From a virus (lineage: Duplodnaviria > Caudoviricetes), in IMG/VR virus record IMGVR_UViG_3300032053_000105, positions 1 through 53,179 of that record: DNA of 53,179 nt; one strand, written 5' to 3'. How positions within the stretch are numbered: position 1 is the first letter of the stretch; each line of letters opens with the position of its first letter. The notes below the pieces were generated by a model. That model saw only the letters and a program-made list of their open reading frames with translations. It had not been told where the DNA came from and did not search any database. A program made the position numbers and the translations under genes. Of this stretch, positions 49,049 through 53,179 are shown in pieces.

Positions 49049-49480
49049 ATGTCAAGAGGAATTTACAAACATAAACCGCTTTCAAGACAAGCTAAACTAA
49101 AACTAAGTCTCGCCCGTAAGGGTATAAAATTTTCGGAAGAACATATAAAAAAATTAAGTTTAGCTAATAAAAATCAAAAAAGACCATGGATGGTAGGAAA
49201 TAAAAATCCAAATTGGAAAGGCGGAATATCAAAATATCGTAGAACCGAACGTCAATTGATGATGATAACTATAAAGTATAAACGATGGCGTAGTGATGTT
49301 TTTCAACGAGATAATTGGACTTGCCAAACTTGTAATAATAGAGGTTGTCAATTAGAAGTACATCATATAAAATCTTGGAGAGATTTTCCAACATTGCGTT
49401 TTGACATTGATAATGGTGTTACGCTTTGTAAAGAATGTCATAAATTAACTGATAATTATGGTAATAGAAAACACAGTTAA
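49049..49480 (+). CDS. HNH endonuclease with NUMOD3-like region
   Basis: SEEHIKKLS, NPNWKGG, RDNWTCQTC, VHHI, NGVTLCKECH. Confidence 0.92.
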   Translation: MSRGIYKHKPLSRQAKLKLSLARKGIKFSEEHIKKLSLANKNQKRPWMVGNKNPNWKGGISKYRRTERQLMMITIKYKRWRSDVFQRDNWTCQTCNNRGCQLEVHHIKSWRDFPTLRFDIDNGVTLCKECHKLTDNYGNRKHS

Positions 49481-49507
49481 AATTGGATTATCAAGGCAAG
49501 GAGATAA

Positions 49508-49654
49508 ATGGAAAAAGATTACAAAAAGAACCAAATTAAACACGATAAAGATTTTGTCACCTGTCCTAAATGTAAACAAAAATATTTTTATCCTTATATA
49601 GATTCAGTTCAAAAATGTAATTATTGTGGTTATGAGAAAAAGGCAGAGACTTGA
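49508..49654 (+). CDS. Small zinc-ribbon protein
   Basis: CPKC...CNYCG; SD AAGGAG. Confidence 0.6.
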   Translation: MEKDYKKNQIKHDKDFVTCPKCKQKYFYPYIDSVQKCNYCGYEKKAET

Positions 49655-49998
49655 AACTAAAATCATTAAGAAATAGAGCAGATAAAGCTTTTAAAGAAAA
49701 AGTATTAGAAATTAACAAGTATTATTGTGAGGTCTGCGGATCGGAAGCCTCAACTGCTCACCACTTCATTCCCCGCTCTCAAAGCAATGCTACGAGATAC
49801 TACCTGCCTAATGGAATAAGTATTTGCCAGAAATGCCACTTTCAGCATCATACCAAAGGCGATCCCTCAATCCACGCTGAACTTATCAAGCTGAAAGGCT
49901 GGGACTGGTATAACGATCTTCAGCTCAAACGCCAACAAATATGTAAAGTAAATAAGTCGTTTTATGAGAATATAATATCTAACTTTAAGGAGGAGTAA
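49651..49998 (+). CDS. HNH/NinG(Rap)-like endonuclease
   Basis: CEVCG, AHHFIPRS, NGISICQKCH. Confidence 0.85.
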   Translation: MKLKSLRNRADKAFKEKVLEINKYYCEVCGSEASTAHHFIPRSQSNATRYYLPNGISICQKCHFQHHTKGDPSIHAELIKLKGWDWYNDLQLKRQQICKVNKSFYENIISNFKEE

Positions 49999-50052
49999 AG
50001 CGAATAAAGCAGTTTACGATATAAGTAATATTCACTAACAAGGAGTTTTTCT

Positions 50053-50634
50053 CTGTACAAACTTCTGTGGCTACTTGCCGCTTCTCTGATTCTCGCTATG
50101 AGCATTACCGATAAAGCTCAAAGTAGCCCCAAGACACACGAGGTTCGACTGACCCTCAACCAAAATGTCGTCCAAGTAATAGCAATTAAAAAACCGCATT
50201 TCAAACTGACCAAAGATCGTTATGTAATTCAAAGGAGCAATCTTGAAACTCCCTTCATTCGTCCCGAAAAGGATCAACCAGTTAAAAGACAATCGGCTGT
50301 CAAGGCTGGAGTGGTTTCTCATCGGTCTGTCACTCGGAGTTTCAGTTACTCTCATGGCAGTATTACTGAGTATGCTCGGACACTTGTAGTTGAGAGGTGG
50401 GGCGAATCAAACTGGTATGCTTTTTACCAAATAGTCAATCACGAATCTGGCTGGAATCCTTACGCTGTTAATAGAAGTTCGAAAGCGTGTGGTTTATTCC
50501 AAGCCCTGCCCTGCTCAAAGATGGGAGGGATGGGGATAACGAATCAGCTAAACTGGGGAATAGGTTACATTGCTGGGCGTTACGGATCGCCCAATCAAGC
50601 GTGGGCGTTCTGGCAAGCACATCGATGGTATTAA
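50053..50634 (+). CDS. Exported lytic transglycosylase (SLT/lysozyme-like); probable CTG start
   Basis: HESGWNP, GLFQALP, YIAGRYGSP; SD AGGAG + CTG adds signal peptide. Confidence 0.82.
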   Translation: MYKLLWLLAASLILAMSITDKAQSSPKTHEVRLTLNQNVVQVIAIKKPHFKLTKDRYVIQRSNLETPFIRPEKDQPVKRQSAVKAGVVSHRSVTRSFSYSHGSITEYARTLVVERWGESNWYAFYQIVNHESGWNPYAVNRSSKACGLFQALPCSKMGGMGITNQLNWGIGYIAGRYGSPNQAWAFWQAHRWY

Positions 50635-50653
50635 ATAATTTTAGGAGGATAAG

Positions 50654-51040
50654 ATGAAAAAGTGGTTACTTGTTCCGTTAGTGGCGTTAATGGCGTTGAT
50701 GTTTGCTGGTTGTTCAACAGATGCAGATGTCGCATCATACAACCTGTCAAGATCCGCCGATATGTTCGAGGTGAATAGACGGATAGTGTTTTATAACGGA
50801 ATCACAGGGGAATATATGCTGACAATAGAGGGGTATTGTTCTCTTGGCAATAATGACACTGACAGAAAAAGAACAGTCACCTGCAAGACTGGGGAAGATC
50901 AATACAAAAAGCATTTTCTGGGGCTGTCGGACAATGTTACATACTTTGCCGAGCAATTAGAGTCGAAAAATGTTAGTAAATATCATTATCGGGTTATTTT
51001 CAAACCTTCGACGATAATTCCTGATATAGATATAAAATAG
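50654..51040 (+). CDS. Conserved phage lipoprotein
   Basis: FAGC lipobox; RRIVFYNGIT, KKHFLGLSDNVTY. Confidence 0.8.
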   Translation: MKKWLLVPLVALMALMFAGCSTDADVASYNLSRSADMFEVNRRIVFYNGITGEYMLTIEGYCSLGNNDTDRKRTVTCKTGEDQYKKHFLGLSDNVTYFAEQLESKNVSKYHYRVIFKPSTIIPDIDIK

Positions 51041-51138
51041 TTTAACAAAATAGAGTTGGGCGGCAGATCCACTTTATCCTCGTGTAGGAGTATGTGGAGT
51101 CGCTCAGGGCGGTGTGGAACAAATAAACAAAGCCCCGC

Positions 51139-51287
51139 CCCCTTCTGGCGGATAGAGACAAGCTGACGAACCGAAAGGTGGGGCTAACGCCCCTGCTCGG
51201 CTAAATCTCTATCCACCTGAGGGGCTTTCTGGCGGATAGATTGCGGGGGGTTTATCTTTTGCTCTTCACAATCTATCCACTTGAGGG
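51139..51287 (+). ncRNA. Two tandem hairpins with shared closing sequence
   Basis: TTCTGGCGGATAGA...TCTATCCACYTGAGGG twice. Confidence 0.6.
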
Positions 51288-51298
51288 AAAGGAATATT

Positions 51299-51520
51299 AT
51301 GTCAGCTGATAATTACATTTACATTGATAAAAAGAATAAGGTTTGGGATTGTATTGCTTCTTGTGTATCTGATGATATTCGGGATCAGAAATCGTCTTTA
51401 TTGGGTAAGGCAAAAACCCTTGATGATGCAATGAAAATTGCCGAAGAATACGAGAAAGAATTAGAATCAGAGGGTTGTTATGTCGAGTATGGCATTACAA
51501 GAAAATTATGGTGTAAATAG
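51299..51520 (+). CDS. Hypothetical protein
   Basis: MSADNYIYI...VEYGI; SD AAAGGA. Confidence 0.7.
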   Translation: MSADNYIYIDKKNKVWDCIASCVSDDIRDQKSSLLGKAKTLDDAMKIAEEYEKELESEGCYVEYGITRKLWCK

Positions 51521-51907
51521 TCTCCAGCCTTGCGTTAAATTAAAACGGAAGGAATATATGAAAAAACAAAAGATTTTATACGCCACTGACAAAGCCGTTG
51601 AATGGGCGACTAAAATAGTTATTAAAAAATACAAATGGGATTTAATTGAATTGGCTAAATATTAAGGAGCTTAAATGAAACAACTTGATGATATTGATAA
51701 AAAAATAGTTCGAAAATGGTATCAGGAACTTCAAGAAAAAAAAGAAATGTTAAAAAGGATTTTTAATTAAAGAGCTTAAATGAACATCATTGAGAATTGT
51801 ATCTGTGGCCATTGTGGGCAAGAAGACGATCTCGGCAAAACGATCAATAATGAAGAAACTAATAATACTGATCAATATTGGTGTTTTGAATGTACAAAGG
51901 AGTCCAA

Positions 51908-52450
51908 ATGAAAAAGTTTAAACTGACAATCGGCTGTAAAACTAAAGCACAGTTATTAAAAGAATTAAAGAAAATCAATATTTCTGATTACGCAATGGAT
52001 ATGATTAAAAAAATTGATTTTCAAAAAGAGAAAGAAACATTAGAATTAGTAAGAATAAGTGTCAAAGAACTCGGATTTAATAATTTGGCAACTATTGAAG
52101 AAATCTACAAAAAAGCCAAAGAACAAGGATACGAACTTTGTCCGCCCGAGGTAGGGGTATATCAGAGACTAAAAGAGACAAAACAAACATCAGACGATCG
52201 GTATTTAATTGGAATGAAGACCATCGCTGACCGGAACGGCAACCCGGACGTTTTCGACCTCCGTCGCGATGCTGGGGGCTTGAGGCTCTGCCACTATTGG
52301 GCTGATCCAGACTACGAGTGGAGTCCTGACGATGAGTTTATGTTCCGTGTCCGCAAGTCCCAGACTCTTAAACCCTTAGACACTTTATCTCTGGAAATTT
52401 CTGAAATTAAAATAAATAATAAGGTTTATAGGAGAATTGATAATGCCTAA
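51908..52450 (+). CDS. Putative DGR-target-like protein with C-terminal variable-region-like segment
   Basis: GYELCPPEVG; DRNGNPDVF...W..PDYEW.PDDEFMFRVRK. Confidence 0.65.
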   Translation: MKKFKLTIGCKTKAQLLKELKKINISDYAMDMIKKIDFQKEKETLELVRISVKELGFNNLATIEEIYKKAKEQGYELCPPEVGVYQRLKETKQTSDDRYLIGMKTIADRNGNPDVFDLRRDAGGLRLCHYWADPDYEWSPDDEFMFRVRKSQTLKPLDTLSLEISEIKINNKVYRRIDNA

Positions 52451-52871
52451 AACATTAACTAATGAACATCGTAAAAATATATCTTTGGGTCTTAAAAATT
52501 ATCATCAAGGTGGCAATGGTTACTTTGATTCCAATGGATATAGAAGAAGATTTGTTAATGAAAAAGAATATTATGAACATAGGTTAATTATGGAAAATTA
52601 TTTAGGAAGGAAATTATTATCTACGGAATGTGTACACCATATAAATTACGACAGGACAGATAATAAAATAGAGAATCTTCAATTAATGAGTAACAACGAA
52701 CATGCAAAAATGACTATAGGACCAAAGAAATATTACCCAGAGCCAAAAAAATGTAAGTCGTGTGACAAGGATTATAAATATAATAATAAATCGGGTATTA
52801 AACAGTTTAATCTTTCTAAATATTGTTCTAATAAATGTAAATATAATAGAAACAGATTGGTGGACAAATGA
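52443..52871 (+). CDS. HNH homing-type endonuclease
   Basis: EHRLIME, VHHINYDRTDNKIENL, YCSNKC. Confidence 0.9.
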   Translation: MPKTLTNEHRKNISLGLKNYHQGGNGYFDSNGYRRRFVNEKEYYEHRLIMENYLGRKLLSTECVHHINYDRTDNKIENLQLMSNNEHAKMTIGPKKYYPEPKKCKSCDKDYKYNNKSGIKQFNLSKYCSNKCKYNRNRLVDK

Positions 52872-53179
52872 ACGAAAAACAAACCGAAAAAGCTGAAGCA
52901 ATAGCCGATGATTTGAGGGAACACGGGATTTATCCGAAGGGTTCGATTCGAGATTGGATCGAAAGATTCCATAAAATCTCACCGATAATTGGAGATACTT
53001 ATGATTGTGAGAGCGAAAGTAAAATTATGTCTTTAATCACCCAACTTTTAGCCGAACAAAATGACAAACTGAACAAATACTGCGAAAAGAAAATAAACCA
53101 AGCCTACGCCGACGCTCAAGACGGAGCGGACGAGGCAACGCACAAAGCGATGGACGAGGAACTGGAAGCCCAAAAGCGG
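52868..53179 (+). CDS. Hypothetical protein running off the window end
   Basis: ATG overlapping previous stop; open to end. Confidence 0.65.
   Translation, partial: MNEKQTEKAEAIADDLREHGIYPKGSIRDWIERFHKISPIIGDTYDCESESKIMSLITQLLAEQNDKLNKYCEKKINQAYADAQDGADEATHKAMDEELEAQKR
53033..53157. repeat. Terminal direct repeat, copy 2
   Basis: Identical to 1-125. Confidence 0.95.

Noticed and set aside
49049-52871. Group I introns around HNH genes
   Set aside because: No interrupted host gene or recognisable intron core; the HNHs appear free-standing
52935-52960. GGTTCGATTC tRNA T-arm
   Set aside because: Inside the 52868 ORF with no matching stems
1096-52982. Minus-strand ORFs in the track
   Set aside because: Nearly all are shadows of well-supported + strand genes or regulatory DNA and lack motifs

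Overview
A tailed-phage (siphovirus-type, HK97-fold) genome, low GC, with essentially every credible gene on the + strand. Bases 1-125 recur at 53033-53157, so it is probably a near-complete ~53.0 kb circle. The last 22 nt diverge from the start, so closure is not proven. Layout: (i) 1-2830, small ORFs joined by shared repeats; (ii) 2848-22736, a ~20 kb glycan biosynthesis/modification island (nucleotide-sugar dehydrogenase, epimerase, about nine glycosyltransferase-like genes, methyltransferases, deacetylases, radical SAM, LicD, cytidylyltransferase, TerC-like); (iii) ParB-like, TAGT-like glycosyltransferase and terminases; (iv) protease, capsid, neck, tail tube, frameshifted chaperone, tape measure, Dit and hub; (v) a displaced portal/minor-head fusion, fibre and lysis genes; (vi) a non-coding control region and early small genes, HNH nucleases and a transglycosylase. 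No integrase, polymerase, helicase, primase, reverse transcriptase, tRNA or CRISPR was recognised. Best leads: a Com-like zinc finger with a motif embedded in promoter-proximal terminators before both structural operons; a 26-bp long-range RNA duplex containing a boxA-like sequence that brackets the first early genes; an orphan DGR-like variable region; a His-TAA-His possible stop-hop in a glycosyltransferase; and the glycan island. A Patescibacteria (CPR) host is an inference only. All family calls are by motif recognition without database searches.
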